NCBI GenBank assembly: GCA_963693365.1
Contig: CAVNZM010000017.1
Location: 492,951-535,488, forward strand
Source: Amoebidium appalachense
Taxonomy: Eukaryota; Protista; Ichthyosporea
DNA length: 42,538 bases
Reading direction: 5' to 3'
Position numbers and translations under genes: made by a program. Position 1 is the first letter of the stretch; every line of letters starts with the position of its first letter. Below are positions 13,936 to 27,725 of the stretch, one piece after another. A model generated the notes under the pieces. That model was not told the DNA's origin and made no database searches. It saw only the letters and a program-made list of their open reading frames with translations.

Positions 13936-15221
13936 ACGTGCGGCATCTGTTTTTGGGTCGGTGAATATGCCCATGACTGGGTGCGTTGCATGTGCAAGTG
14001 GTTAGGTGGGTATGTAAAGGGTTGTGCGGACATATTGCAGGGGTTGGGTAAGCAGATCTGCAAGTGGATGGGTGCGTGTGGTGGTGGGGGGGGGGGGGGG
14101 GGGGGGGGATTAGCAGTTGGGTGGGATCTGTGGTTGGGGGAGCAAGGTGGGCGGGAGACAATGTGCCTGTGAAGGTGCAATTACGAGAAAGACAAAGGGG
14201 AGTATAGTAAGCTGGCAGGGCAAGAACTTTAAGACAGAAAGGTTAGACCGGCAAACGAAGCGAGATCCACGATGTCCAATTGTTCACAAAAGCTCTCAGC
14301 GGTAGGAAGGAAAGAATTGAAGCCTCATGAGCAGGGCAACCATGAAAAACGAGCTTATCTTATCGGCGTCATTAGCCATCGCTTAAGATTTTCTTTCTGC
14401 CCCATTACCCCCCCTCGGTTCCCCAAAACCTCGTGAGCATGCACCGTCGCCTCCCTCCCCCCCTCCCCCCCTCCCCCCGTCTCCCCAGCACCAAAAAAGC
14501 GTGTGTGCGCACACACACGCACGCGCACATGTACACACACACACGCACGCACGCACACAAACGCACACCCACGCACACGCACACACATATCCACCAACAC
14601 ACACGCGCACATCCATTCACCCACCCCTACCCCCCTCCTACCCCCCTCCCGGCCCCCCTCCCCCCAGCCCCCTGCTCACCTTTTCTACCTCCTCGCCACT
14701 AGCCTCAGCCTTCGCCCTTCCTTCCTCTTGCTTCAAGTCTTCCAGCCCAAACCCTCGACCTCCTTTCTTTACCATTCTTGAAAAAGACAGGGAATCAACC
14801 AGCAGTGCTAGTTCCATGAACTTGTGTTATCACTCCACCCACCTCCAGAAGGATCTCCTGCATGCCTGGCCTGAGCTCATCTGGCATATCGGCCAGGTAG
14901 ATGGTGCTGAAGGACGGCATGGTGTAGCGTGCACAGCCACGGCCACGCACGAAAAAAACCTTGAAGCACACACGCACGGACACGACACACAGACACACAC
15001 AAATGCGCACTCCCGCGCACAAGTCGCTCGAGTGGAAACCTTTTGTTTGGTCCAGCCTGATTCGAGTCCGGCTCGTGCCTCCTTTCTTTTTTTTCTTTTT
15101 TTTTTTTTTTTTTTTTTTTTTTCCCCTTCCCTTTTGAAAAAAAGGTTTTAACATCCATTTGAGTGAATACCCCCAACCAGAATCATCAAGCTGGGCCCTC
15201 CCCCCCCCCCCCTCCCCCCCC

Positions 15222-15268
<47 letters not shown>

Positions 15269-15675
15269 GTGTATATACCCCCCAGCCCCCCCCCCCCCCC
15301 CCTCCCTCCCCCCCCCCCCCCCCCCTCCCCCAGGGCCGAAAATTCGCGCTTTTATTACATATTTTGTATTTTCCTACAGGCTGGATGGTATTCTCCGGAA
15401 ATTTTCCTATAAAGCGTCCATACCATGCACACCATCCATCTACGTATACCATGGTCGGAAATGTACTGTAAGCTGCAGCTGTACCATGCAAAAAAAGTTT
15501 TCTTTTGACTGGATGTATTCGAAAACAATTTGGATGGTATTTTTGAACCCTGGCGGGTATTTCAGAGGGTGTTAACGCAAAATATGATCACCCTTGCCTC
15601 CCCCTTCTCGGTCTCGGACAGGAAAAGCATGTGTAGCCTAAGTGCACCCCTTTGCTTTCTCTAAGTCGCTTTGCC

Positions 15676-15712
<37 letters not shown>

Positions 15713-17369
15713 CTCCCCCTTCTTCCTCCGCGCCCCCCCCCCCCCCCCCCACCACCACCACCACCAAAAAAAAAACCCCAACCCAACCGGTATGATCCCA
15801 ATCGAGAACTCTCCCCATCCCTGGCGCCTTTTCCCCTGCCGGGATCCGTCAACATCTCAACTCCAAAGCCCCAAACCAACATCTACCTCTATTGAAAGGT
15901 CCCGTTCTGTTCTGTCATGTCTGTTACCGTAACTGGTGCCAGTAACGGAATCCGAGACTTAACGTTTGTCTCCTGCATGCGCCCGGTGCACGTGCTCACC
16001 CATGGCCAAAAACAGCAGTGCTGAATACGAATTTAATGATTACTTTGAATATGGTACAGTATATGAAGAAAACACAAAGGTGAATTCGGCACAGGGTGTG
16101 TGTATATGTGTAATGGCAATACTGTTCGGATCGATGTGTGCGATCCTCACGATTGCAAAAAATGCTAAGCCGTCTTGAGTACACGAGTTGTCACAGGGCG
16201 ACGTGTGGGATCATGATTATATGTAGTCGGTCCACAACTTGGCCTAGATGCTTATTATGTACTACCCGGATTCAAAAGTAGTGTACGTGTCCTTGATTCC
16301 CAACTCAGATTCACAATCTGAGGACATGGTTGCATATTTAAATTTTTCGTTTTCTGTACATGTATACTATAGGATGTAATATGGTCACCTGTGTTACTAA
16401 AATGTCATGTCTCCTTATGATGTTATGTGACGTTAGTGAAACTCGAGGTTTTATTTCCGTTGTTGGCTACATTTTTTGTAGTAGATTTTATTTAGATCGG
16501 AGCATCAGACAGGCAAGACTGAATATATACATAGTACAGACGTTGCCATAGACACAGCAAAATAGTCGCTAAGAGATAGCGTCCCGGGCCGAGATTTACA
16601 TAACAATAACGAAAAATCTGCCGTGGGACTGCTAATTATAAAAGCTGCATGTATGAGCTCGACTAGGAGGGTCAACAATTGCTAATTATTAGCCAAGTAT
16701 ATAACAAGAGTGAAGTGCATAGAAAATATCATACTTTATGGTCATTGTACTGAAATTGAGCTCTGAACTTCTTTGGAATCCACGCTGCCAATGGCCTACC
16801 ACCTGGGTGTGTTAAAAGGGGTGGTCAACGACTTAAAACATACATACGAAGCATTGCCTCCCATCACAGTGTCATAGGAAGCAGATTAGACCACAGTGAT
16901 CACTATGTATGCGCACACCCACAGATGTCGGTTCATAAATTTCTACACAAATAGAATAGATTACTAGTCTAAGAGTACTCCCGGCAGCTACCCCCATGAC
17001 ACACGACGTACACTTCCCGCAGCTGACAAACGCGGCACCTGGCCCTGCCCAGTGGCAACAGCCGCCAACACAAGTACAGAAGCTGGGGGATAACCTAACC
17101 ACACAACAAAAGAATAGCAAAGTAATCAAATCGAATACTATGTAATATTGCTCATGATCAGTTGCAGTTACAGGAGGGCAAATTGACATGAACCTAAACT
17201 AACTAGGATGAACGGTATGATGCCTCTAAAGTTCCACATATGATGTTAAAATATGCAGGCTCGATCTCAGCCAAGTGTCTTTCAGTGTAGGATGAGTGGG
17301 TGTAGGTGAACGAGCGTTCTTCGCGGCCTGCCTCTCCGCTAAGGTGGGTTTCCGGGCTCTGTTTCGTTA

Positions 17370-18302
17370 TTAAAGGGGTGGTATGGTGGGTGGACTAATA
17401 AGGTTATAGCCATATCTGGCTGGACTGAAATTTGTGGGCGGCAGAGGGCCCCGTGGTTCGTTCCGCTGTGTCCATTGGTCCAGCACAAACCGGTCATATG
17501 CTTCGATCGCTTCCAGTTTCCTTGCATAGCACCCAATATGCATCCTTGATGGTAAAATTTCCTTTTGAGTCCAGGGGCTAGACTTTTTGATAGGTGACAC
17601 GTGCTTGTTGGCTAGGGCCTGAACACGCCATGGTTTTGAGGTACTTCTCCCCTTACACAACCCTATACACCTACCTCTGCGTGCCTGGCTGTCTGTGAGA
17701 TAATCACTTTCTTCGCAGAAATTTATCCGTTTGATCTTCTCCGACTTAGGCAATTTTGAGGCTCTCGCAGCCACATCCACAGCACATGCCGCCTCAATCT
17801 CAGTCAAAAAGGAACCGATCCAACGTCGTGTGCCGGATTCATCACAAAATTGCGCCACCCACACCCTTCCTGTTCTACGAGCCCTGGTATTCTTAGAAAC
17901 ACCTCGAAACACTGAGGAATATTCCCTCGTCACCTGTTCCTTCGACCGTTTCACCACTCTCTCCGTCTCCTCAGCCGTGGGCACAAATTGCTCCAACAAG
18001 CCCAGGCTGACGTTGGTCCTTGCCAGGTATTTCTCGTCCAGCACTTTTGATTGGACGAAGTATCGAATGGCAACGTCGGTGTGTCGTGCAGCAGAAACCT
18101 GGCATTCGAAACTGCCAATGTGAAACGAAATAGCTCGAAGGGTTAGCCTTGACGTCCATTTGGAAGTTGGTTGGTGCCAACTAACACCCCTGAATTTGCG
18201 CTTCTCGTCAGGACCTGAGCCCTGTGTTTTTGTAGACACTGACCTTTCCGCCTGCCTCTGCAATGTGGGCAGTGGACTCAACGGCCCAGCCACAGAGTTG
18301 GC
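17370..18302 (-). CDS. Terminal exon of a protein with three AP2/ERF-like DNA-binding domains
   Basis: Open 310-codon exon after a branch point and acceptor (GCTGAC...CCACCAG at 18303-18304). Repeats [51 protein letters not shown], and [24 protein letters not shown]. Ends in TAA. Confidence 0.85.
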   Translation of the reverse strand, partial: ANSVAGPLSPLPTLQRQAERSVSTKTQGSGPDEKRKFRGVSWHQPTSKWTSRLTLRAISFHIGSFECQVSAARHTDVAIRYFVQSKVLDEKYLARTNVSLGLLEQFVPTAEETERVVKRSKEQVTREYSSVFRGVSKNTRARRTGRVWVAQFCDESGTRRWIGSFLTEIEAACAVDVAARASKLPKSEKIKRINFCEESDYLTDSQARRGRCIGLCKGRSTSKPWRVQALANKHVSPIKKSSPWTQKEILPSRMHIGCYARKLEAIEAYDRFVLDQWTQRNEPRGPLPPTNFSPARYGYNLISPPTIPPL

Positions 18303-18413
18303 CTGGTGGAAGCAGATTGTCAGCACTGCATGAAACTTATAAATTGTCTACACTGGGTGGTACTTCGAGGGTGCATACCGCCGATGTCCGGTGTAGGTGA
18401 CCGTGTATGTGTT

Positions 18414-18453
<40 letters not shown>

Positions 18454-18861
18454 GGGGGGGGGGGGGGGTCTGTGTGCGCTCTTCTGTTTGTGTGTGCGCG
18501 CGCATGTGTGTATATGTGCGTGTATGCGTGTGTGTGTTTGTGTCTGTGAGTGTGTCAGTGTGTGTGTGTGTGTGTGTGTGTGTGTTGTGTGGTTGCATGT
18601 GTGCGTGCGCGTATGTATGCGCGTCGTGTGTGTGTGTGTATATTCTTGTGTGTGCATGCGCACACGTGTGTCTTGATGTGTTATCTGCCCCCCCCCCCCC
18701 CCCCCCCCCTCTCCGTTTACAAACTCGCTTCCTTGGTAGAGTGTAAGGTGGGAGATGGATAAGGTGGGTGGTTGGGCGAGCGTACGTGGGTTGACTGCGT
18801 GGTTTGGCTGCTTGGGGAGGAGGAGGAGGAAGGAAGGGGGGGAGGGGGGACACAGACATAC

Positions 18862-19139
18862 CCTGATGGAGCCGGTGATGGTTCGGCCGACACAAGTGGA
18901 GAAGTAGGATGAATGGATGATGTGGTCGGATACTCTGAAACGATTGGTCAGGCAATCTGGAAAAAGGGGTGTAAGGGGGCATGGCAAGACAAAAACCAGG
19001 CTTGTATATGTGTGTGCTTGGGTCACCCGGGGTTGGGGGGGGGGGCTGATGTTAGCTTCAACAAATGTGCTTGTGATTTTCTTCAACCTGCAACTGCACC
19101 TTTGCTTATGGAGACACGTGTGTGTGTGTGTGTGTCTCT

Positions 19140-19170
<31 letters not shown>

Positions 19171-19226
19171 GGTGCACATGTGTGCGTGCGTGAGTGCGTG
19201 AGTGCGTGAGCGGGTGCGCGCGCACG

Positions 19227-19306
<80 letters not shown>

Positions 19307-19321
19307 CGTGCGTGCGTGCGT

Positions 19322-19369
<48 letters not shown>

Positions 19370-19637
19370 CCTTGCTGTGTGTGTTTGTATCCTTGCTGTG
19401 TGTGTTTGTCTACACTTCAAGGTTTGTTTTCGGGTACAAAAATACATGCGCACTTCTCTGGTCTGTGAGCGCGTGGGACTGAATGTCCATGTCGATGCAT
19501 GTGAGGCTAAATATATATGCCTACATGTGCGCACCTTTGTAGAAAGCTTCCTTTGTGAGTGTGGATGTGTGGATGGGTGGATGGGCTTGTGTGCGTGTGG
19601 GTGTGTTGCGCGCATGTGCGTGCGTGTGTGTATGTGT

Positions 19638-19719
<82 letters not shown>

Positions 19720-20000
19720 ATTTTGTGCTTGTGTGTGCGCGCGTGAGTGTGCATATGAGCGCACGTGTTTTTGTGAGGGCTTGTGTATGTGTGTGTCTGT
19801 GTGCCCGTACGAATCACCTGTGAGGGAACACTTATGTGTGTGTGCACATGGTGAGAAAACACACCTGCCCGTGGTGCCAAGAAGTGCATGTGCCGCTGTG
19901 TAGTTGTCGCCACGGCAGTACGGTCCAGTGGGCGCCTAAAAATAGCTCTGGCAGCCACACGGTTGTGTGCATGGGTGAAAGACCCGCGGGAAAAACATGC
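18862..20000 (-). CDS. Putative upstream exons (~20000-19866 and 18934-18862), possibly of the AP2 gene
   Basis: Non-repetitive islands bounded by CTAAT/CTGAC..CAG and GTGTGT/GTATGT. They join in phase as ACFSRGSF...[29 protein letters not shown]. No homology recognised. Confidence 0.35.
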
Positions 20001-20156
20001 CTGCCGACGGGATTGGATTAGTCGAACGTGGAGTGGTAGGGGTTGGTTCGTGGCCATGTATGTGAGAGCTTGTGTTGTTTTTTTTTGTGTGTGTGTGTTT
20101 TTTTTTTGTTGTTGTTTTTTTTTTAACTGCGGTGGAAGGGGGAGGGGGGGGGGGGG

Positions 20157-20393
20157 TTTTGAATGCGTCAAAAAGTACGAAGTACACAAGAACAAACGGA
20201 TAACACGATGCAGAATGCAAGCCATACATAAAGAGTATGCATAATAAGCAGAGCCCATCCTCAGGGGGGGCCCACGTCATCCACAGTACCCGAGTTTCGA
20301 CCTATTCCCCTCGTTAACGAAACCCAACTCAGATACTGTTTCACTTGAACATGAGTAGGTCACCCGTCTTGATCAGAGACGAGCAGGGTTGCT
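20157..20393 (-). mobile_element. Structured dispersed repeat, 5'-truncated copy 2
   Basis: Near-identical to 9119-9353. G-runs on both flanks on the plus strand. Confidence 0.75.
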
Positions 20394-20799
20394 GGGGGGG
20401 GGGGGATGTATGCAGTAAGGGCCGGGGGAGCAGAGTGGATGCAATGTCTTTAAAACCCATAGAGAAAAGAGCACAAGTGACAACTCCAAAACATGCAGGC
20501 AGAAGATAAACAGCATAGCGGGGTTCCTGGGGGGGGGGTTGAGGGAGGGGAGGGGAGGGGGAGGGGGAGGGACGCAAGGAGAATAGATGAGCACAAGAAA
20601 ATAGGCAGAAGTTTCATTCATTCATTTGCCTCCAATAGCGTCGGGCATGTTTTGGGGGGGGGCACTGACCAGGCGGGCGCATGCACATAGGTACAATGGG
20701 ACACTGCCTTTCCTTCTTCTCCCCTAAGAGCGCAAGGAGGCATGGGTTTGGGCAAGGTGAGAGGCCGAGGGGGGAAGCGAGCCCCAGGGGGGAGGGGGG

Positions 20800-20982
20800 T
20801 TTTGAATGCGTCAAAAAGTACGAAGTACACAAGAACAAACGGATAACACGATGCAGAATGCAAGCCATACATAAAGAGTATGCATAATAAGCAGAGCCCA
20901 TCCTCAGGGGGGGCCCACGTCATCCACAGTACCCGAGTTTCGACCTATTCCCCTCGTTAACGAAACCCAACTCAGATACTGT
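20800..20982 (-). mobile_element. Structured dispersed repeat, 5'-truncated copy 3
   Basis: Matches the first ~180 bp of copy 2 and has the same 3' end next to a G-rich run. Confidence 0.75.
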
Positions 20983-21136
20983 AGGGGTTGATGTATGCGT
21001 TAGAGGGTTGGATATATGGAGGAGACATTAGAGGAGAGACTGCAAAACGTCACAAAAATGAAAAACCTAAAATCTGTCGGGGGGGATGGGGGGGGGGGGG
21101 ATGGGGGGGGGAGGGGGAAGGGTTGGATGTGTGTGT

Positions 21137-21182
<46 letters not shown>

Positions 21183-21477
21183 GTGTGTGTGTGTGGGTGG
21201 GTGGGTCTGTGTGTGTGGGTGTGTGGGTGGGTGGGTGGGTGTGGGTGAAGGAGGGAGAGGCGGGGAGGGGATGGGGGAGGGGGGTTCTCATACTGTGGCT
21301 GCTCGGGGGAGGGTGGTGTTTAGACAGGAAGGCAGCAATCGGCAGAGCCACTCACCAGCCTGTGCCCACCGTCCACTCATGGTGACTGGCTGTGTGTCTG
21401 TGTGTGTGTGTGTTTTTTTGTGTGTGTGTGCACGCGCGCGTGTGTGTGCGTGTGTGTGTTGGTGGGTGTGGGTGTGG

Positions 21478-21512
<35 letters not shown>

Positions 21513-22174
21513 CTGTGCGCCTGTGAGTGTGCATGTGTGTGTGTGTGGGTGTGTGCGTGTGCGTGTTGGGGAAAGGTAGGGAGGAGGCCAGGGGGAGGGG
21601 GTGGGGGGGTGGGGGGGGGGGCTATTTAGACACACGGAAAAGAGAAAGTGAACACGACAACACAAACAGAGACCACCACTACAAAAATGAACTTCCATTT
21701 GCGAACAAACATCAGACACAACTGACTCCCAGCCTATTGGTGACTGCAACAATCGACCCACAACCTTTCTAACACAAAGCGTTTGAATTAGGGGTACGCT
21801 AGACTCCTTTGCCCCTCATTACAAGTATCATTACACGTGTGGTCACCAAGACGGTACGAGCCTGCACAACACAACAAGCAAATGGTACACAGTGTATTTA
21901 AACGCCAATAATCACGCTGATACGGGTTAGTGGTGCATAGTCTATTCTCGTCGGTTGAGTAAGGGGGATTTTTTTCACCCTTTTTTTTTTTTTTTTGGGG
22001 GGGGGGGGGGGGGGGGAGGGGGAAGGGGGGGGGGGGGGGGGTGGGAGGGGGGGGGGGGGACGTGACCCATGTCATGGACACCCCTGTGTTTTTTGCAGCA
22101 GGCAGCAAGAGGAGAAATGGGCGCCGAGGATGTGGGGGGAAGCGAAAGGGGAGAACGGGGGGATGTCCCGGGTG

Positions 22175-22211
<37 letters not shown>

Positions 22212-22340
22212 GTTGGAGGGAGGTAAAAGGGGTGAATGGAAAGAGAAGGTGGTAAGTGGGTGTTTGGGGGGCGAGGGAGGGGAGGAACGAGAATGCAGAC
22301 GGGAAGAAGGGGTGAAATCGCCAGGTGAGCGGTATAGTGG

Positions 22341-22380
<40 letters not shown>

Positions 22381-22642
22381 ATGGAGGGGATGGGTGGGGA
22401 GGGGGGGTGGGGGAGGGGGTTAAGTCATTCAATGCATAGTACACATCCGATAAAGTAGAAGGAGGGAAGGCACACATGCTTAGCAAGTGAGTGTGTAAAC
22501 ACGGATAGACAAGAGGGGGGGGGGGGAGGGGGGGGTGGCTTTGAGTGAACCCAATTTCAGCCATCCAGCAAATGTTGTTCACGTTCACATTGCTGTAAGT
22601 TAAGATCACACTCCGCCTGCTGAACACTTTCGATGCAATCAC

Positions 22643-23217
22643 CTTGGTAAATAAGCAGAAACAACCATCATAGCACCATACAGTGCGTTCAAAGCTGCCC
22701 CTTCTTGCACATACCCTTCTTGCACACATAAATCCTTGACTTCTGTACGCACTAGAGAACACCCATTTTCCCCCCATTTACGTTTCCAGATCTTTTGTTC
22801 AATACTAGTGCATTCACTATCTAGGACGCTATATGATTCTAGTGGTTGTTTGAGTGGATGTCCCTCACAAAGACCACCAAGATTTCCCAGATGCTCTTGC
22901 AATATTTCTGGTGCAAGTAGCTCACGCACCACAACATCTACCCTTGCCCACTCTAGCACAGTGCTGCAAGCGTCCTGCCTTGTAGTTCCTACACTACGAA
23001 AATAACAATCATACTGGTAGCTACCAGCATCCACCCTGCGGAACACATATTCCCTTCCACCCTCCCTTCCACAAAACACATTTTCTTCCTTTTCACAAAG
23101 AATAAAAAGCAGCACGCAGGAAAAAACTAACAATATGGCAAACTCGTACCTTTTCAAGAGCAAGCCCTGTAACCAGCGTGTGCTTAATCTCCACACTGCA
23201 CAGATGTTGACCACCAA
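22643..23217 (-). CDS. Large exon of an unknown protein with an N-proximal hydrophobic segment
   Basis: ~190 open codons of non-repetitive sequence (…KRYEFAILLVFSCVLLFILCEK…) ending at a CCAAG|GTGATT donor. There is no in-frame ATG near the start, so an upstream exon is needed. Candidate downstream mini-exons near 21860-21797 and 21390-21356. Confidence 0.45.
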
Positions 23218-24259
23218 CTAATCAACAACGGAGTTGACCAAATGCTCTCAAAGATGCACCGCGAAAAGTCGTTGCAATACGCCGCACACGCGTATTTTAC
23301 AAACCCTTAGGTTTGTTTAAACAATATTGAAGTTGCCAAAAATCCGGGCCCAAAAATCCGCCAGGCCCGGGTATACGTACCATATCAGGAGCGGGCAATT
23401 TTTGAATTCTCCCTCCCCGGCCCCGCCGAGGAAAATTTGAGGTTTTTGGACCTCAAAGAAGTCAAATCCTGCAAAATCCACTACCGGGAGGCCAAAAAGG
23501 GTGATTTCACAAAAAAGCAGGGTCATACATGAAAAAGAGAAAATGGGCGAGTTCAGACTGCCAATAAGTATATTTCGTGCTGGGCCGGTATACATGCTGC
23601 CGTGGTTGTTGCTGTAGACGGCAGTATGGCATTGCATGTGTCACGTGACCTGCACGTGAATGCGACCATGTGCAGGCACTGAGTCTAAGGGGATTTGTGT
23701 GTGTGTTTTGGAGCACCGACAAGGCAGAGCCAGGGTGCACGTGAGGGATGTGTAAACATGGAGTTTAGGGAGATCGTGCTGCTATTGTAACATGTGCACA
23801 AAGCAGCCACGTGCACCACACTCCGGTGTACAGAACAATAATATGCACATGCGTCACTGTAATATCATGTATGCGCATGCCGCACAAGGTTTAGGAGACC
23901 ACCACAGTAGATACTATTTTCTTTTGGTTGATATCCATGTAGGAATGGTGTGTTGCAGTTGTCATGATCAGCCTGAGGCAGGCACGTGCACTCACTGAAT
24001 TACTTGAACTCATGAATAAAAAATACATTCGCTAAAAATGGCAAGGTAAATTTGGGGCCAAGCTATTATAATTATTTCCCCCTTTTAAACGTTTTTTTAG
24101 CTCCAAGAACTTCGACGCCAAATTTCTATATTTGGCCATCATATATGATAATGAACACGTGTACTTAAAGTAGTTATATAAATATGAGCGGCCCCTTACA
24201 AATACAGTGACGAAAAACAGTGACCCACGAGCAGTTTTTCTTTCTATCCCCCCCCCCCC

Positions 24260-24290
<31 letters not shown>

Positions 24291-24639
24291 ACACACACCA
24301 GACACACACACCACCACCACGGTGACCACCACCACCACCACCACCACCACTCACCCCCCAAAAAAACCACACACATACGTGCACGTGCACACACACACAC
24401 AGAACACCGCCACCACCTCCACTGGACCCCATTTCCTCGTTGTTTTCTTAAGCCTTCAGACCAGTCCTGTACACTGGAGTTAAACAATTGAATTCACCTA
24501 GGCTGACATGCATCCACCCCCGCCGTCCACTTCCCTCCCCTCCCCCCCCCACACTGTTAACGCCCACAAGCACATGCACATATACACACCCCAACACCAG
24601 CCAAGCCAACACCAAGTAGATTTTGTGACATATGTCCAA

Positions 24640-24860
24640 TGGATATCCGTTCAACTAATAAGGCTATCTTAATGTATATCCAGCTGACGGCTTTCTAAGA
24701 TTATCCAATTTATGGCGTTTCTAAGCCTTGCCAACTAATAACTATCCCAATGTTTATCCAATTGATGGTGTTATCTCAAAGTATATCCAACGAATATTCA
24801 TCCCAACATTATATCCAACTGATATCTATCCCAATACATAACCCAATTATGACTATCCCA
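24640..24860. repeat. Degenerate TATCCAA-cored intronic minisatellite
   Basis: Repeated TATCC(C)AA motifs at short, irregular spacing before the acceptor at 24863. Confidence 0.6.
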
Positions 24861-24919
24861 CAGAGCAACAGGTAGTCCCGTGGCAAGATGCATCAAAAGC
24901 CTCAGCCTGCACAGTTAGT

Positions 24920-24953
<34 letters not shown>

Positions 24954-25078
24954 AACACACACACACACACACGACACACACACGTACACACCCACACACC
25001 CTCGTCGTCCCATTTTGCAGAGATACTTGAAGTTCAAAGTAGTTCCTTCTTCTTCTTCTTCTTGTTTTTTTTTTTTCC

Positions 25079-25124
<46 letters not shown>

Positions 25125-25640
25125 AGGGGGGGGAGGAGGGAAGGAGGGTGGGGGGAGGGGGAGAGGGGGGGGGGGGGGGGAGGGGGGCAGTTGTGTTGAC
25201 CGTTTTCATGGGTTTGAACTGCATGTCATCCTTGCCTCCCCCCTCACCTTCGTTTGGGCCCAGACACCCAACACCCTTTGTCCCGTCCACCTGTTCTGTC
25301 GTATGTGTGTGTGTGAGGGAACCAAGAGGAGACACCGCAAAGGAGGGGGAGAGGGGGGGGGAGGGGGGAGGCAGGGGGGGGGGGGGGGGGGGGGCAAGAA
25401 AGTAAAGAAATACAAGTTCAGGAATTCGCGACACATGAAGCCAATGCCTAGTTTCAGGCGCCTAGTTCACACCTCTCACACACTGTTTTTTTTCTTGCAG
25501 GTGTGCCAGCGCCAACTACGACTTTTCAGCCGTCTGCACCACTGCCGATTATGTGGGCGGGTGGTGTGTGACTATGGGTGCTCGGAGATGCTGCCCCTGT
25601 CTTATCTCAGTGAGTGCACTGCATATATGTGTGTGTGTGT

Positions 25641-25680
<40 letters not shown>

Positions 25681-25694
25681 AAATGTGAATTGGT

Positions 25695-25802
<108 letters not shown>

Positions 25803-25845
25803 CGCGTGCGCGTGTGCGTGTGCGTCCCGGGTGTGTGGGGGGTGA

Positions 25846-25876
<31 letters not shown>

Positions 25877-26069
25877 GCTAAGATTGGGTGCATTTTTTTT
25901 GTCGTGTGTGTGCACGTTTTAACATATCGACCGTTGGAATGGGATTCCCTGCGATTTGCATGTTTGCATTTTGAAGCTGTCTGCAATGAATATACAATGT
26001 GTGCAGATATCATGGTGACCAATCAGATGTGCCCATTGTTGACCAATCACGCGTGTAGATACCGTTTAA

Positions 26070-26340
26070 AGCAAGGTCCGTATCCACCATTTTAGCGTGT
26101 GGGCGGTGAGCCACATTGGTGACGTCATTTTGTTAACAATTTTCACGGAGCCGTTTAGGTGCCCAGGAAATGGCGCGGAAATAGCGAGGGTGAGGGCAGG
26201 CTGTGTTCGATGTCGACATAGGCCTATGTCGGTATTTATCACAGTTTGATGACGTCTACTGATTGGTCAGAGCCATCTGATAAATGTGGTTCATGGATGC
26301 TCGCCGCCCAGACGCTAAAATGGTAGATACGGAGATTGGT
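26070..26340. mobile_element. TTAA-flanked MITE, copy B of 3451-3721
   Basis: Same TIRs with a few substitutions. Confidence 0.8.
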
Positions 26341-27618
26341 TTTATCAGTTACCATGCGACCAATTAGAATACTCAGATACCTGACCAATCACACATGCAC
26401 ATGACATTAAACCAATAAAATGCACCGATAACACACACTGACCAATCATCTATGCAGACCAGGTGGGCCAGCTGCTTGGTGCAGGCAGTGGGCAGGGGGC
26501 GCTGGGTGGGCTGTGGGGATATCAGCTGCGCACGTGCACTAGCTGCAGACACCTGATGAAGAGGTACGGTACCTGATACCCTTGCATGTGGTGGTGTGGG
26601 TGGTGGGTATATAAACATGCTATTTCAAAGGGAAATGATGTGATTGGTGAGTGTAAGATGAGGTTAATTGCAAGGGCAACTAACACCTGTGTTGGAATTC
26701 TTCGATTGTATAACTGCAATGGGGGGATGTACCAAAAAAGGAAATTGCCGTATGTGGGATAGAGGTAGCATTAGGCATTGCACACGGGAACACCGGCTGC
26801 GTTATTAAAATGGATGGGTGGTGACGTTTTGCACTGACACCAATATGAACGTATTATCGACGACCTATTTATATCATGCATGAATCTCTTTCGGGTCCGA
26901 CCCGACCCGGGTCCCTAATGAAACCCCCTTTATCTGAAATTTTTTGGGGGGGACACAGGCGGGAAGTACTTGCAGCACGAGGATTGGACAAATCCGTTGT
27001 GGCACAGTTGTACCAGGTAAGGGTGAATGTGATTGGATGGTGGGTCTGTGAAGGCACATTCCAAGGTGGCAACTATTGATAATCACGATAGGATAATGGG
27101 TTTGATGTGGCATAAAGGCTGTAATCGTATGACATAAATGGTGTTCATATAGACATGTGTGCCATAATACATCATACGCCAAATAGGCCATAATGATATG
27201 ACAAACATAAACGGTATGCGTTCATATGACATATAATTGATGTTTGGTAAATTTGTCATATACATATTATATGGTCTTTCATCTAAGCCGTTACCTGGTG
27301 AATGCTGACGTCATCCTAATTGCAGAAACTAATTGAGCAGCGTGAAGCAGTGCAGAGTCTTATGCCCGAAACCACAGAGTTGATAGCAAGGTGGGTTGCT
27401 TTTTTCCTTCACCGTTTTTTGCTACCTCTTTCGTGCCTTCCACTATCCTCTGTGCGTGTGAGTCACGGTCCTCGGGGGCTAGCCCAGATTTCTTTTCTCA
27501 TCTCTGGGGGGGCGCCCCTTTACTCTTACTCTACACTAGGTGGGTGGGTGGGTGGGTGGGTGGGTGTGTGGGTGGCGTGGGTGTGGGCGGGCGGGCGGGC
27601 GGGCGGGCGGGCGGGCGG

Positions 27619-27652
<34 letters not shown>

Positions 27653-27681
27653 TTGGTGGTGGTGGCGGTGGTGGTGGTGGC

Positions 27682-27724
<43 letters not shown>

Positions 27725-27725
<1 letters not shown>

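Noticed and set aside
15331-15552. CAGGG...CCCTG hAT-like MITE (also ~41956-42176)
   Set aside because: The TIR match is short and imperfect and no 8-bp TSD is visible.
15928-17172. Possible LTR with ends CGTAACTG...CAGTTACA
   Set aside because: The left end is not TG and the flanks show no TSD.
24619-25300. Apparent insertion in copy B
   Set aside because: It contains the conserved EQQVVPWQD exon, so it is ancestral sequence deleted from copy A.
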